Assembly (NCBI GenBank): GCA_973895155.1
Contig: OZ316897.1
Location: 17,280,058-17,344,057 of the forward strand
Direction of reading: 5' to 3'
From: Marsupella aquatica
Taxonomy: Eukaryota > Plantae > Marchantiophyta
Length of the DNA stretch: 64,000 nucleotides
The notes under the pieces are model-generated. The model saw only the letters and a list, made by a program, of their open reading frames with translations. It searched no databases and had not been told where the DNA came from. The translations under genes were made by a program, and so were the position numbers. This document shows positions 1 through 12,838 of the stretch, in pieces (positions within the stretch are counted from its first letter, which is position 1; every line of letters starts with the position of its first letter).

Positions 1-2013
1 GGTCCGAAAGACGGACGACGACCTCTTTCCACTGATGAATACCATAGGAATACATACAAGCAGAGACTTTTACCGGCTCATGGTCAAGGTCCGCCCCTTG
101 CCGCTGTGGGTGGCGAAAGTCGTCAATTCGTACCTGTAAGTCAGTTTCTGAAGTTATGTTCTCGCAAATGCTTTCGATAAATGACTCAGTTTTCTTTACT
201 GTACCGGCAGTACTGAAGCTTACATTTCCCTGCACTGTGGCAGGTTGGGTATCAAGTTGAACATGCCTATGCCAAAAGCCTTGCAAAATTTGGTGCGGGG
301 TTAGGTCCGAGGGCGTGGCACTTTGTTGCGAAAAGGCTTGAACTACTTAATGCTCCCCCTGTCCAGCGGGGGACAACAAATGATTCTTTAGACGCAGACA
401 AAATGAGGGTGCCATTACCAAGCCAAACAGGAGCTACTACAAACAGCAATCCTCCTGCTGGTGGCAAATCAGTAGGCATTGGTGGAGGTCGAGCACCTAG
501 TACGTCCCAGTCTAGGCAAGTTGGAGATGCCGTTCCCAGTCGTCCATTTGGAGAAGCACATAGTGGGCAAGGCGTAGACTCGACTCTCAGTCGGCCTTCT
601 GGGGTACCACATACCGGACAAGTTGCGGATTCCACTCCTGGTGTACCCTTTATTTCATCAAATGTGGGCCAAGGAGGAATCTCCAATCTCGGTTATCCTA
701 CTGGGGCGTCACGTGTTGCAGAAGCCGTCGTTTCTATTACCAGTCAGACTGCGGGTGTCTCGAATGTTGGTGACGCTGTAGGTTCCTCTCAAAATTATCC
801 ATATGGAGGTTCACTGGTTGGACAAACCGTGGTGTCCGCGTCCAAGAATCCATCCGGAGGGGAAGCGCATATCCCGCAAGCTGCAATTCCCGCACTCAAT
901 AATCCCTCTGGAGCGTCACAAGCTGCAGTGCCCATTCCCAATTTCCCTTTTGGGCAACCACATGTCGGGCAAGCTTTGGGTTCGAATCCCAGTTCCTCAC
1001 CGTCACACGCTGGCCAAGCTGCAGGATCCAGACTCAATTCCTCTGGACCGTTACACGCTGGTCAAGCTCTAGGATCCAGTTTCAGTTCCTCAGGGCCATT
1101 GCATGTTGTTCAAACTCCTACCAGTTTTCCAGCTGGGGGCATAATTGGCACTACTGATCGAACAACAGTAAACAACCTGCAGGTGGGTTCTCAACAGGGT
1201 GGAGGTCCTCCTGATACTCAACAAGAAAGGGGGAACGGTAGGCTGGACAACGCTCGGAGTGATCCGGGGAGTGAGTCTTTGGTACATACTTCTGGAACTA
1301 AACAAATTTTGGGCTTAGATAGTGACGGGTCTTCAGAGGAGAAGAATGCGAGAAGACACGGGTGGACTCCTGTGACTGGAGTCGACCAGGCAGTCAGTGG
1401 TTTGGCCGTTGGTGCCAGTAAAGCTTTTTCTCAAGCTTGGAGTGCTACTCCCTTGAAGCATGGCTCGACTAGCTACGCTTATGCGCCCATGCCGTCATCA
1501 GCTGGGAGAGATGAGTCAAATGCTCAAGCTCAAGCTTGGGCTCAAGCAAGGGTTATGAGTTTGACTAGTTCAGCCGATGCCAAGAGAAACGTTCCACGTG
1601 ACGCACAGGTTTTAGCATTCCTTGCACAGAATAGAGAACTTACCTCCGATTTTGCAACCAATTTACCTCAAATTTTGCAATCAAATGCCTATGCAGATTA
1701 CAATAGCAGGCCCCCCAGGCAAAGTACAGGTCTGTTGTCGTCGACTGCTTCAATGCCACAAACTCAAGACCAACGACCTGAAGCGTTTGGAAACAATTCA
1801 GCCGCCCCTGAGCAGAAGGGCCCTTCTCCAGGTCTGCACTCCCAGGGGACCATGCGACCAGCGCCCTTACAGCAGAGTTCGTTGCAACAGAGGGCAATGC
1901 CACCGGACTTGAATGTGGCCTTGCTATCGCCATCTGCGTTGCAGTCACCTCCACCTCAACAAGGCTCGACCCCAACGAGTGCACGACATCCTGATCTCAA
2001 ATTGCAACTGTGA
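1..2013 (+). CDS. 3' part of a plant bromodomain-containing protein (BRD7/9-like; Arabidopsis BRD1/2/13 family); exons 1-135 (5'-truncated) and 244-2013
   Basis: GT-AG intron 136-243 joins ...DEYHRNTYK...GESRQFVP to VGYQVEHAYAKSLAKFGAGLGPRAWHFVAKRLE, resembling the conserved post-bromodomain block of this family. The C-terminus PPDLNV...PDLKLQL* matches the family's PPDLN/PDLALQL tail. The bromodomain itself would lie upstream of the window. Confidence 0.8.
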
Positions 2014-3800
2014 GTCCTCGAGGTGGAATTTGCAAGACTTAGGAAGTTGATTGGGTTCTAAAAGGTTGATGTTTCGGTGATCTACTGGAAATTTTGTGCC
2101 TTCTAGATGGAATAGTTGCATCGCCACTGTATGGAGCCGGACATTGCCGGCTTTGTAATATATTTGACTCTGCCTGGAAGGATGCCAAGCGTGGCTCGGG
2201 TCCAGTCTTTCAGGGTGCAATCTCCTGAGATATATTGTGTTTCTTCAAAGATATGTGATTGCAAATTGCGTGCTAGGTCATTGCTTGTGTGCTGCCAGCT
2301 TATCGTATCCTTCTTTTCGTTGGAGTCGGGCGAGGGATTTGGTCAAGATTCGTCTATCCGCTGTGGTCGTATGTTCGATGTTACTACCGAATATGTTACC
2401 TAGTGGTACGAGTATAAGTGTGGTTAGTTCATTCGATGCGCAAGCAAATGGCTTCGACCCTGAGACGACTTTCCTTGGAACCGATCTGAGAGGGTCGTAA
2501 ATTGGCGCTGGAACATGTTTGTAGCTTTTTAGGATGCTGCTCTCCGTGTTGGATGTAGAGAGGCAATGTTCTCCCTGAAAGCGGTGGTGGTTATCAGACG
2601 ACCTTGACTCACCATTGTTCTCCCTTATAAGTGCCGGTGTCCTTCATCGGACCTGGTTCCAGTAGTGCACCATGTAAGCAAGATATCCACGAGAATTATG
2701 TCTTTAAGCAAAGGCAAGACTAGGATCGCCAGAATGTTTTCCCTTTAAGAGCCAACTCGCATATAGCACACTCAACATTGTGTTAGCACTTGCAAGCCGA
2801 GTGGAAAAAGTGCACAAGGTCGCTAACTGTTCGGGGAAAAATGCAAAAGGTCTCAAAGTGTTTGAGCGAACGTCATCTTCTACCGTGCAATAAATGTCAT
2901 CTGCACAAGGCTGGTTGTGTCCTTTGTTCTCATCGTCCCCATACAGGGCGCTCTTTGTTTTATTATGAAGTTTAAGGTTCAGGATTTTAAGGGAAGTTTC
3001 TAGCCCTTGCCTTTGAACCTCCAAAACGTTTGTGGGCCAGAAAGGTTCTTGTCCTTTGGACCTCCAAAATGTTTGCAATCAGGCAATGAGGGAGTTCAAG
3101 CATGGCTCATTTATATGCTGCATGCTCCAGGGCCTCGCTGCAAATTGACTCTAATCACACGGTTGACTCTAAGCACATGCTGAATGTGAGAGAAATGCAG
3201 AGGTACTTCGCTTTACACAAGAACTTTCAAGGAGGATACCACAAGGGTTACACCGAGTGAACGTCACAGGTAACTCTCAGTACGTTCCGCAAGCGAAATG
3301 TCTTTTCGGAGGCTCTACGTTCACTTTAGAAGAACTTTAGAGGGATTACCCTGAGCTAGTGTCACTGCAAACTGTTTCGACCCTCATCAACCAAGTACTT
3401 TCGAATTACACTCACTACTCACCTGAAACCCAGCAAGTTGCCAAGATAATTATGTCCCTCTAGGCAAATTGAAAATCTATTCTTCTCAGTAGCGCATGTG
3501 GAATCTACCAGGCACTACTCTGAAACCGCTGTAAGGTGCTCTAGAGCTTCGTCATTAAATGAGCTTACACCTAACGAAACCACCATCCACCCTCTGAGAT
3601 TAAATCTGCCCCTTAGAACGAGTGGAGCTGGTCCTGGGTTTCGCCATTGTAGAGCCACTTAAATTGACCTCAGGGTGGCTTTACAAGAGTGGGAGGCCGT
3701 TGCTTCTTTTCATTCCCTGAGATTAAACAAGGATTGGAAACGGTGTTGCGTGTTTCCATCACTCAAACTTCATTCACCCACGATCTAAATCATAGCAGAT

Positions 3801-3969
3801 GCCAATAGGAGTTCATAACAACTTCGATCTGAAACATGACCAGTGCAAGGCTTTAAACTGGCTTGAGGACCCTATAAGCACAACTGCCAATAAGAGTCCA
3901 TAATACCTTTCCATCTGGAACATGACCAGCGTAACCTTTAACTGGCTTGAAGGCTCTATAACTGCAACT
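3801..3969. repeat. Imperfect tandem duplication, ~85-bp unit x2
   Basis: gccaata(g/a)gagt..ataa...atctg(a/g)aacatgaccag...tttaactggcttga..ctataa..caact occurs twice in tandem. Confidence 0.7.
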
Positions 3970-4314
3970 ATTTAATGCCCGCCGATTTGTGTCCTCTCGT
4001 CACTGAAAGCTCACACAAATGGACTCCACCAAATGTCAGCTACACATGCTTCAATAGACTGGAGTCGCAGCTAGATTAAACGCAGGGACAGAAATCGAAA
4101 GACCTTAAAATTAGCCTATTAACCTCTACTGGGGAAATCCACTGGGGGAAGTCGTCCGATGGTCCATGAAAAGGATGGACACTCTACCTAATGCCTCGAA
4201 TGTAAAACATACTCGTATCTATCTCAAATCTTCCGTTTAGCTTGCCCCTGCAATAGTCCACTGAAACATGCTGGAAATTCCAGAAGATTTTCATGACCTA
4301 TTGGGCTTCACTGC

Positions 4315-7300
4315 CTATCTGTCATCTTTCTTAGAATTCCCAGTGTTGGACAGATCCCTCCGCTCTGCGTCAATCAATTCCCTCAAATCTTCCAGGTCTA
4401 TGAGCATCGATTTCATGGCACCTGTTAGATTGTCCAAAAGCTTATCCTTTTGTACTTCCACCCAGTCCTGTATCTCAGCAGAATTCCGTATTTCCTCCAA
4501 AGTGCATTTTGGTGCCAAGTTCGCATGCCATCTCCGAAAATCGGCATTAACATCACCCAACCTGATGAAAGAACCCGAAGGTCAGACTAAATTATATTGG
4601 AAAACGCATGAAATAGTCTCTTGTCCCCAGTAGTCTGGGTAATCTGCTCCCTTCTTGAGGCTCTATAAGGCCCGGAAGAACGACCAGGCCTAGACTTTAA
4701 GCAAACACACTGTTATATTCTGGACTCAGGGGTTTACCATTACCGAGGACACATTCACGACTGTCAAAACCCTTCACGTATATGGAGACGAGTCAAAACC
4801 CTTCACATATATAAGGTGTGACAGGCGCATTATCGCAAACAAGACAGACAGCCATCACAATAGGAAAACAACTGAACTCAGTAGCTTGCAAGAGCAGATT
4901 TCACCTGTCCAGTATCTTCCGCATGTTCCTCCGTTCATTTGGATGGTAATAAACATCAACCACACCTTCCTTTCTCTGCACAATGTTGTCCACTCTACCG
5001 ACCTTTCCACAGTTTTGAAGGATTAGGTTCTCTGAAGCATTGCCGATATTTGAAAGCCTTACAACAGTCGTCAAAATTGGCTCCCCAGTGGTTATTCGAC
5101 ACCAACGCCCGCCAAGGTAAACCCTATTTGATGCTAAAGCGCTGTCTCGTGCTTCCTCAGTCTGTGTTGCCCATTTTAAGAAACAAACTGTTAGAGACAC
5201 CTAGAAGGGAACATACAGAAACATTAAAATTTTGAGACACTCGGTAAAATAAAGGAGAGCAAAGGTAGATATAGTATAATACGTTAAAATTCCCTACACA
5301 GGTTGGATCGCGGCAATTCATAAATGTTAGAAATCTACTTTCGTAAGAAATTGCTTTTCTGCAATTGTTTCCTTCAAGGATCCTTCATTATAGCAGACTG
5401 GTATCCTTCGGGAGGAAACATTAAGTTAATTTAAGGTTGGACTTTATGTGTGTCCGTGAGAAAACAAACATGACACGGTTTGACAACCGCAAGATAAAAA
5501 CAGCAATACCTTGAATTCTACATGCGCTGAGTATGTTCCCCCGTCTTCCCGTGCGAGCTCTGATCGAGAGATGCTACCATGTGCAGACAACATCTTCTCC
5601 ACTGCACTTATAGGCATGGGATACGGCAGGCCTTCAACTGCAACTAGATAAGACCCATTACTTGAGGCTTTATTCGGATTCTCGCTGCCTGTATGTGATC
5701 TAGATCTGGTAGTGGGCAAACTCCGGGCACCATTGGTAATACGAGCATCAGAATTTCTGTCAGACGTCTTGTATGTCTCCGGTTTCTTGTTATATTCTGA
5801 TGGCAGCTTGCGACCAGACCGACTCTCTGACCCAGTCCTCCTTGAACCAGAGCAGGCCTCTGTTAGGATTGTAGACCCCTTGATGAAGACTTTGTCTTTC
5901 CTAAGAGCTTTGGCTAGAGCCTCAGGTGTCTGCACACAAGGGGAAAAACAAAAGGAAAGCCACATCAAAGATCGCATCCCTCCTGTCCTTGAAAGGCACT
6001 AGATACCCCTGACGTAAGAGGATTGTATAGACTCACTCATAACCAGAAGGCCGCAGGAAAATGTCACTTGGACAGAAGTAGCAAAAACGCAAATACCAGT
6101 TACCAACACTAAACACTATTTTGGCTGTACAAATTGTGTGGAATTTCCGTACGTTTCTGCCCTTAGATCCTTTACTATGGACGGATTAACCCAACGAAAC
6201 TATTGGACCAAAGATTCCCGTGTTGAACAACAACATCATTGCCAAAGCGAAGACCATGACCACTGGATAACGAAGAGTGAAATCGACTTAGAACTACCCG
6301 TAAACTCTATAGAAGATACACATATCAAAGGCAGTAAACTTTTCCATATCTTCGAACATAGGACCCTAATTTTTCTGATTCGTGAAAACCCCACTTTTCC
6401 AACATTTCACAACTGTTGAGTTACTAGGACAAAGCCTTGAATCAGAGTTGACATAAATCTCGCTAGAAAAATGTGCGTACCAACTAGTTTCGGAAAATTC
6501 AACTACCAGGAAGATGAGATGAACGGGTGTACGAGGGACAAGTCGAAAATTCCAGAGGGAATGCATAATACAAAGCAGGCAGTCGGGAACACACGAAAGG
6601 GGAAACATCTAGCATAATAAGGAGAAAGGTGAGGTCATACCGTAAAATCTACGAAGCCATAAGTGAACTTTGGGCCCGACCCCTTGGGTACCATGGCCTG
6701 TGCCCGTACGATCTCACCACAATCATCGTAGGCTGCCCTGAGATCCGCCTCTGTGGCAGCTAGGGGCAAAAATCGAATAAATAACCCGTAGTTCTCACCT
6801 GTACTAGATTCTGATCGAGATCTTCGGCTGCGTGACCTCGTATGATTGTCTGAAACTCCCATTTGTCTAGCTTCCTTGTATGTGTAATCCAACGCCCGCT
6901 CATCATCATCGTCATCGTCATCATCGTCCTCATCATCTTCATCATCATAATCATCGTCAATCTCAGTAGATGAAATAATTTCTTCTTCCCGAGGTTCAGA
7001 CTCTCTGTCCAGCTGACCAAGGTCTCGCAGCCGTCTCCAAAGGCCTGGATCAGCCTCAACTTCTCCAGATTTGGATTTCGACGGCTCAGACCTACTCTGA
7101 GTCTCGTCATTTGTGACGTCAGTTTGTTCCCAAAGCAGAGCTTCCGAGTCAAATTTTGATGCTTCTGTAGCCTCTGCCTCCGCTAGAACCTCTTGGGACT
7201 TCCTTTCATTGTCGATGTCCTCAGCAGTACGTCCATCGGCGCCAATGGTGGCTTGAGGTTGTCCATTATTCTCCGTGTTTGGGGAGTGGTCTCCCTCCCT

Positions 7301-8476
7301 GTGGGTAGAATTCTTCTCCAACTCCTCTACTATGTGCTTGACAATTAGACGACTACCTCCTATCTCCTTGATAATTGCATTGACACTGGGCCACTTTCCT
7401 TCATGAGCTTCCTTGTGTCTGCACCCCAATACATATTGACACATAACATATTTATTGGAGAGATCTGTTTGGATAAACGAATGTACAAAAGGGATTTGCT
7501 ACAATACAATACAACACCCGCAGGTCTGGAAAGTTGGGCTTGCCAAATATATGTCATTCTTCATTGTTGGCCAAGAAAACATTGGTATATGCGATGTGAG
7601 TGAAAAGAAGCTAAGACAGTACCTCAGGACAAAGTTTTCCACAAGAGTATATCTTTCGGCCCTAGATAGCCGCGAACCCCTCTTTTGATGTAAGTCGGAA
7701 GAATCTTCTACTGCTGCCGCATGGGCGATAAATCGCACATGTCTTGCCGACGCTGGACTTTGCTGCACTGCCATTGATTTCCATCCAGTCCGGAGTTATT
7801 TACGGGCACACAAGATACGAACACAGTCATGATACGGAGATCAAAATACCTATCAGAACATAGGTGTCTGGCAAGAATTCCTCGAAAATGAAAACAGTGC
7901 AGATACCGTGAGAGGTCAGATGGTCCGATACTATTACAAAGAACTTTTTCAACAACATTTCCGTAGCTACCTCGGCTCTCCTGAGATTCAAATCAGGAAA
8001 ACGGAATCTCAAAGCTCTCTGCACTACACATAAACCTCAAACCAGACTGCAGGACTGCGAGATGGTTTAAAAGTTTTTAAAAACCCTGATCAACCCCTCC
8101 AAACATATTCTCCAATAGCTCCGATGTCTCACAAATTCAGGAGAAATAATCTAGGAAAACGGGAGCTCCAAGGGATGGAACTCTCAGAACACGTAAAACC
8201 CTCGTTGGCGGCTCCCACAAACAAAGACAATTCACCATAACGGCAGCAAACAGAGTCCAATAGCACCGAAATTGAACTGAGTCGAGCTACAAGAGAAGCA
8301 AACGAAAATTCGGCAGCCCATCCGAAATCACCACCGGCAGCCGCAGCTCACTAACCTTTGTGCTCACACGCAAGGGCGTGTTGAGACCAGGACCCGGAGA
8401 AGGCCACAGGGCTGAGAGAACAATGCAGCCTGCGCAAGCCCGAAAACCCGTGGCCCCAAGCCCGGGAGACTGCCAT
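4315..8476 (-). CDS. Putative organellar nucleic-acid-binding protein: AT3G52170-like helical domain + acidic tract + about three RRM domains (~655 aa)
   Basis: Exons 8476-8356, 7767-7623, 7418-6641, 5929-5510, 5161-4905, 4561-4315, all GT-AG, phases consistent (1968 nt). RLSRAERYTLVENFVLRHKEAHEGKWPSVNAIIKEIGGSRLIVKHIVEEL resembles the AT3G52170 domain. RNP-like motifs: LFIRFLP...TYGFVDF, VAVEGLP...SAHVEF, VVRLSNI...VVDVYY. The start codon and the first two exon boundaries are less certain. Confidence 0.75.
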
Positions 8477-9056
8477 GATATCTTTCGATCCTACCACTGC
8501 TACTCCTCCACCCCAACTCACAATGTGCATTCTGATTCCCAACCCGTCGCTGCTCCTCCTCCTCCTCCCTGTGCCAAACTCTCCTGCCAGGACATGCCTA
8601 AACCCCTTCCTCCTCTTCCCTTCATTCCGCTCTTCCTCCCCACATTCCTCTTCCTCCTCGTACTCCTCCGCCTCCTCGTACTCCTCCGCCACCTACACAA
8701 ATCCTGCTCGTTTCCATTCGACCACTCCTAAAACCCCTCCTCCTCCTCCTCCTGTGCTCTCTCTTCCTCGTGTAATCGACTGTAGATCTGTCTGCTCCTC
8801 CCAAATCCCAATCCCGACCTCGAAACCTAAACCCTCCCCATCCTTCGACTGCGTGCTACACCCATCACCGCCACCGCACGCATCTCCGAGCTCGCTCGCT
8901 CGCTCCACGCTACAGTCGCAGTGGACCACAGTACCACGGTTGGAGCTGAAGGAGCGCAACGCTGCATCGATCTCCCCTCAAGCGAGCGTGCGCAGATTGG
9001 AGCTCTCCGCCATAGCAAAGCAAGGCAAGGCAAGGCAAAGCAATAGAAATGGTGGT

Positions 9057-9070
9057 GTTTAGGGTTTAGG
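9057..9070 (-). promoter_or_regulatory. Telo-box (AAACCCTAAAC on - strand) near the likely transcription start of the RRM gene
   Basis: gtttagggtttagg sits at the edge of the GC-rich 5' region. Telo-boxes are common plant promoter elements. Confidence 0.35.
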
Positions 9071-9121
9071 AGAGCTTTCGTCTCGTGGGGAAGGGAGGGA
9101 GCCACCCAGCCTTCAGGGTTT

Positions 9122-10010
9122 TGTGGACTGCCACTCTTCCAACGAAAAGCGAAGAAAGAACACATCAGTATATTGCATTGTAAACTGAATTTTAGTCTCT
9201 TGCCATTTTTGGGGGGGGAGGGCCCTAATACATACTTTACCAATTGTTTAGTTATATTTCCTTTTTTCACCAGTCTTCAAACAGAAAGCAAAGAAAGAAC
9301 ACATTTGTATTATAATGTGGACTGCCATTCTTCAAACGAAAAGCGAAGAAAGGACACATCTGTATATTGCATTGTAAACTGAATTTTAGTCTCTTACCAT
9401 GTTTTGGGGGAGGGCCCTAATACATAATTTACCAATTCTTTAGTTCTATTCCTCCTTTTTCATCACCCATCACTTCTAACGAAAAGCGAAGAAAGAACAC
9501 ATCTGTATATTGCATTGTAATCTGAAATTTAGTCTCTTGCCTTTTTTTTGGGGGGGGGAGGGCCCTAATACAAACTTTACCAATTGTTTAGTTCTATTCC
9601 TTCTTTTCATCACCCATCACTTCTAGCAAAAAGCGAAGAAAGAACACATCTGTACTAAGATCTGACATTTACTCTCTTGAGTTGTTTTTAGAGCCCTGAT
9701 ACACACTTTACCAATTGCTTATTTTTATTCCTTTTTCTGGCCACTCTTCAAACTAAAAGCAATGAAAGAACAACCGTGTATTATGATCTGACATTCACTA
9801 TCTTGCCATTTGTTTTGGGGGCTTTGATACATATTTTAACTATTGTTTGGTTGAATTCCTTTTTTCTCACCACTTTTTTGCACCACTTTTCAAACGAAGG
9901 GCAATGAAAAGAGCAAGTGTGTATTATAATGTGAGGTTTACTATCTTGACATTTTCTTGGCCAAATACACACTTTACCAATTGTTTACTTTAATTCCTGT
10001 TTTATTCACC
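9122..10010. repeat. Degenerate tandem array, ~120-150-bp unit, ~6-7 copies
   Basis: Recurrent aacgaaaagcgaagaaagaacacatc...tattgcattgtaaactgaattttagtctcttgcc...gggccctaataca.actttaccaattgtttagtt, progressively more decayed toward 10 kb. Confidence 0.85.
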
Positions 10011-10655
10011 ACTGGTTACTTAGAATGATCCCACCATGGTCATCTTGCACCCTGTTTGAGCCATATACAGCAGTTGAAACTAAGGTGAACTACTGTTTCT
10101 GTTACCCTAATTGTTGGCACATTTTTCTCAACAAGCTGTTTTGAATCTACAGTACTTACTACCAGGTTAGCACAGCAAAAATATAATTATCTGGGCATTT
10201 GAGTCCCTAGACAGAAATTTCAAGACTGTTTTGTGAAACTTGGAAAAACAAAAACAGTGCATATTTCAGGTATATTCTTAGTATTGTTGATGTGAAACAC
10301 TGCTTTATCAAAGTAGAACTTGATATCTAGGAAAATGTGGGCTGCTGTGCTATCCTTTGAAAGGCAAAAGTATAAGGCCTTGCACATGGGATGCACTCAT
10401 GTGATAGCCTGTATAGTATTAATATTATTCTGACAATTTTCCTAACTTGCCATTTTTGGGTCCAAACACCATTTTTTAAAGTTTAACTACAGTAGTACTT
10501 TGATCATCCGTGCACCTTGTTTGAACTAGTTGAAAGTCCACTCAACCTGTGATTATCTTGCACCTCATTTGAATCAAATAGTTGAAAGTCCACTCAACCC
10601 TGACTATTCCACTCTTGCGTCTGCCCTCCACTTAGGGATGAGTCTCTTGCTATCA

Positions 10656-10720
10656 TCCCATCCCAACCATCCCATCCCATCCCATCCCAACCATCCCATC
10701 CCATCCCATCCCAACCAACC
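10656..10720. repeat. (CCCAT/CCCAACCAT)n simple repeat
   Basis: tcccatcccaaccatcccatcccatcccatcccaacc... read directly. Confidence 0.85.
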
Positions 10721-11182
10721 CTGCTCCTGGTCACCTTTAATTTGTAACATGGAAATATTTTGAGAAAAACATGGCAGCATATTAAATCTCAGAAACTATC
10801 ATTTGTGATGAAGTCTATCATTCATGACCTACTTTGTAGAGTGAGGCCATAGGCTCTAATTTCTCTTGTGATAGACAATTTGATCCTTAGACTATGCTTG
10901 TGAGGAGGAACATGTAAAAAATGCCGATTCCAGAATAGACAACAATGCGTAACATGAGAGCACTCAATTTCACACTACACCAACAGGACACCATGATAAA
11001 TAAACTCATGAAGAATACATAACTCATGAGAAAGTACATGTGAAGATTGAGAGAGAGAATGATTGTTCTCCCCTAACTATTACATTCCAAGGGGACCAAG
11101 ATGTGTGGGCCTAATCTAAGCAAATCTTATCCTAATGTAATCCAGGGTTAACTAACCCTAATAAGGCCAAACTAACTAAAAC

Positions 11183-11526
11183 TGTTAGATATTGCTCTAG
11201 TCTTGTGACTCATGAGCTAATCACAATTAGGCTACCTCGAGTTAGGACCTAGCTAATGTTAGCGGTAGTGCTGTTGTGCATATAGCCAGGGCTGATGCCA
11301 GACCTTGGTGGAACTTAGGCTCATTGTTACGGAGCTAGTTGAGAGGTAGGGAGAGCTTGTGCTGTGGATGCTTGGTATGGCCGGTCGGCCTAGAATGCAG
11401 TAAAGCTCTTGTGTGTTCCCGTGGACATAGCCTCACGTGGAAGTGAACCACGTATCTCTCTATGTCGACTATTGTGCGTTGGATGGTTCATGGGCTTGCC
11501 GTTGCGAATGTCATCTATGCTCAACA
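11183..11526. mobile_element. Solo LTR (344 bp), TG...CA termini, 5-bp TSD AAAAC
   Basis: Begins TGTTAG and ends CTCAACA; AAAAC at 11178-11182 and 11527-11531. Highly similar to the reverse complement of 53860-54215. Confidence 0.9.
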
Positions 11527-12838
11527 AAAACCAGGAACTCGAGGTCAATCCTAAACCTCTTGCGACTACCCAGGCCCGATGGTTTATGCAGGGGAGAGTT
11601 GCGAGAGGGGAAGCCAGCCCAGGCAAAGGAGTCGTCGTCGGGGCTGGGATGACCGGGGTTAAGCACAACCAATTGCGCCTCACCACATGGCAGATGACCA
11701 ATGAGAGCCAATGTTGGGTTAGCCCCTGCGGTTAAGTAAACCCTACATACGAAAAGGGGGGGAGGCAGGAAGTAATTAAAATAGAATGGGGGACAGCTTA
11801 GCGATTTCAGCCATTGTGGTGGACAGGTTATTAAAAACAGGTTCTCTGAAAAGTGCCAGCCTAAGGGTTTGCGACAATTCACAAATTAAGCTCCATGAAA
11901 ACTCTCGCAAAAATTTGTGGGTTCCATGATGGTTTTCTGGGGTTGGGATTGGACACTCCCACTCCCAATGGTGGGTGGGAGCCTGGTTCCATGGCAGACC
12001 CGGGTTGTCCACTAAAATGGGTCCAATATGCTCACTCCTGTACTACATGAAATGAATACTAGTGCTTACGTAACGTTGATATTGCCACGTGCCATTCTCT
12101 GATATGTGCCAGCGAAAGGCTGAATTGCACGGAAACGAAACACTTGTCCATTTTCTGAAGCCCGGCTGCGTCAGCAGACACTTGGCATCAGATCATCAAC
12201 GGCACTCACAGTCGTACATTCCTGACTCCTGAGGTTCTTTGGTGGACTTCGATTCAGCCATTCGATGGAATTCTTGTGGGCATTCTTGGACTGGAATTTA
12301 ATGCGTCTCGATTTCTCCATGGCCGACTAAGGTTTTTGGAATTTAACCCAGAGAGAATCTTCACCATCACTTTCTCCCTCTGAACGGTTCGGATTGTTGC
12401 TGCCATTCTTCTTTCTTTCTCAAGGTTCTCAAGGTTCTGAAGGTGAGTCAGCTGTAATCAAGGATTCACTGAGTTTGGTGCTACCCCCAACGCTCGTACA
12501 TCATTGTACACTTGTAGAGTGGAGCTGAGAAGTCGCACTGACTCGAAAAATTGGAAAGCAAGCCCAGGTGTGCATGGAGCGGAGAGGCTTCTTATAGCCA
12601 GGAGCTGCTCAGGGTCCATCAGATTGTCAAGCAACTTTTCAGGACTGAGCACACTCGAACACTTTAGGCGGAGGTCTTTCAGAGTATAAGATTTGGGCTG
12701 AGATTGCAGGAACTGACTTCGGTATCTCACATAAGGATTGATTGTGTGCACTCTTTCGAGCAAAGAGAGGGGTCATCATTTATCACGCTTTTGAGGGACA
12801 AGCTCAGGTCAGGGGCGGAACCAGCACGTTGCAGCAAA

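Noticed and set aside
8360-9062. Pro/Ser-rich + strand ORFs (8360-8731, 8475-9062)
   Set aside because: Low-complexity CCT-rich sequence antisense to the 5' region of the RRM gene; no recognisable domain.
9122-10010. CRISPR-like array
   Set aside because: Eukaryotic context; the units are homologous along their whole length, with no unique spacers and no cas genes.
11390-11735. ORFs at 11409-11735 and 53804-53989 with similar translations
   Set aside because: The similarity arises from the shared solo-LTR sequence; they lack genuine ATG starts and coding signatures.
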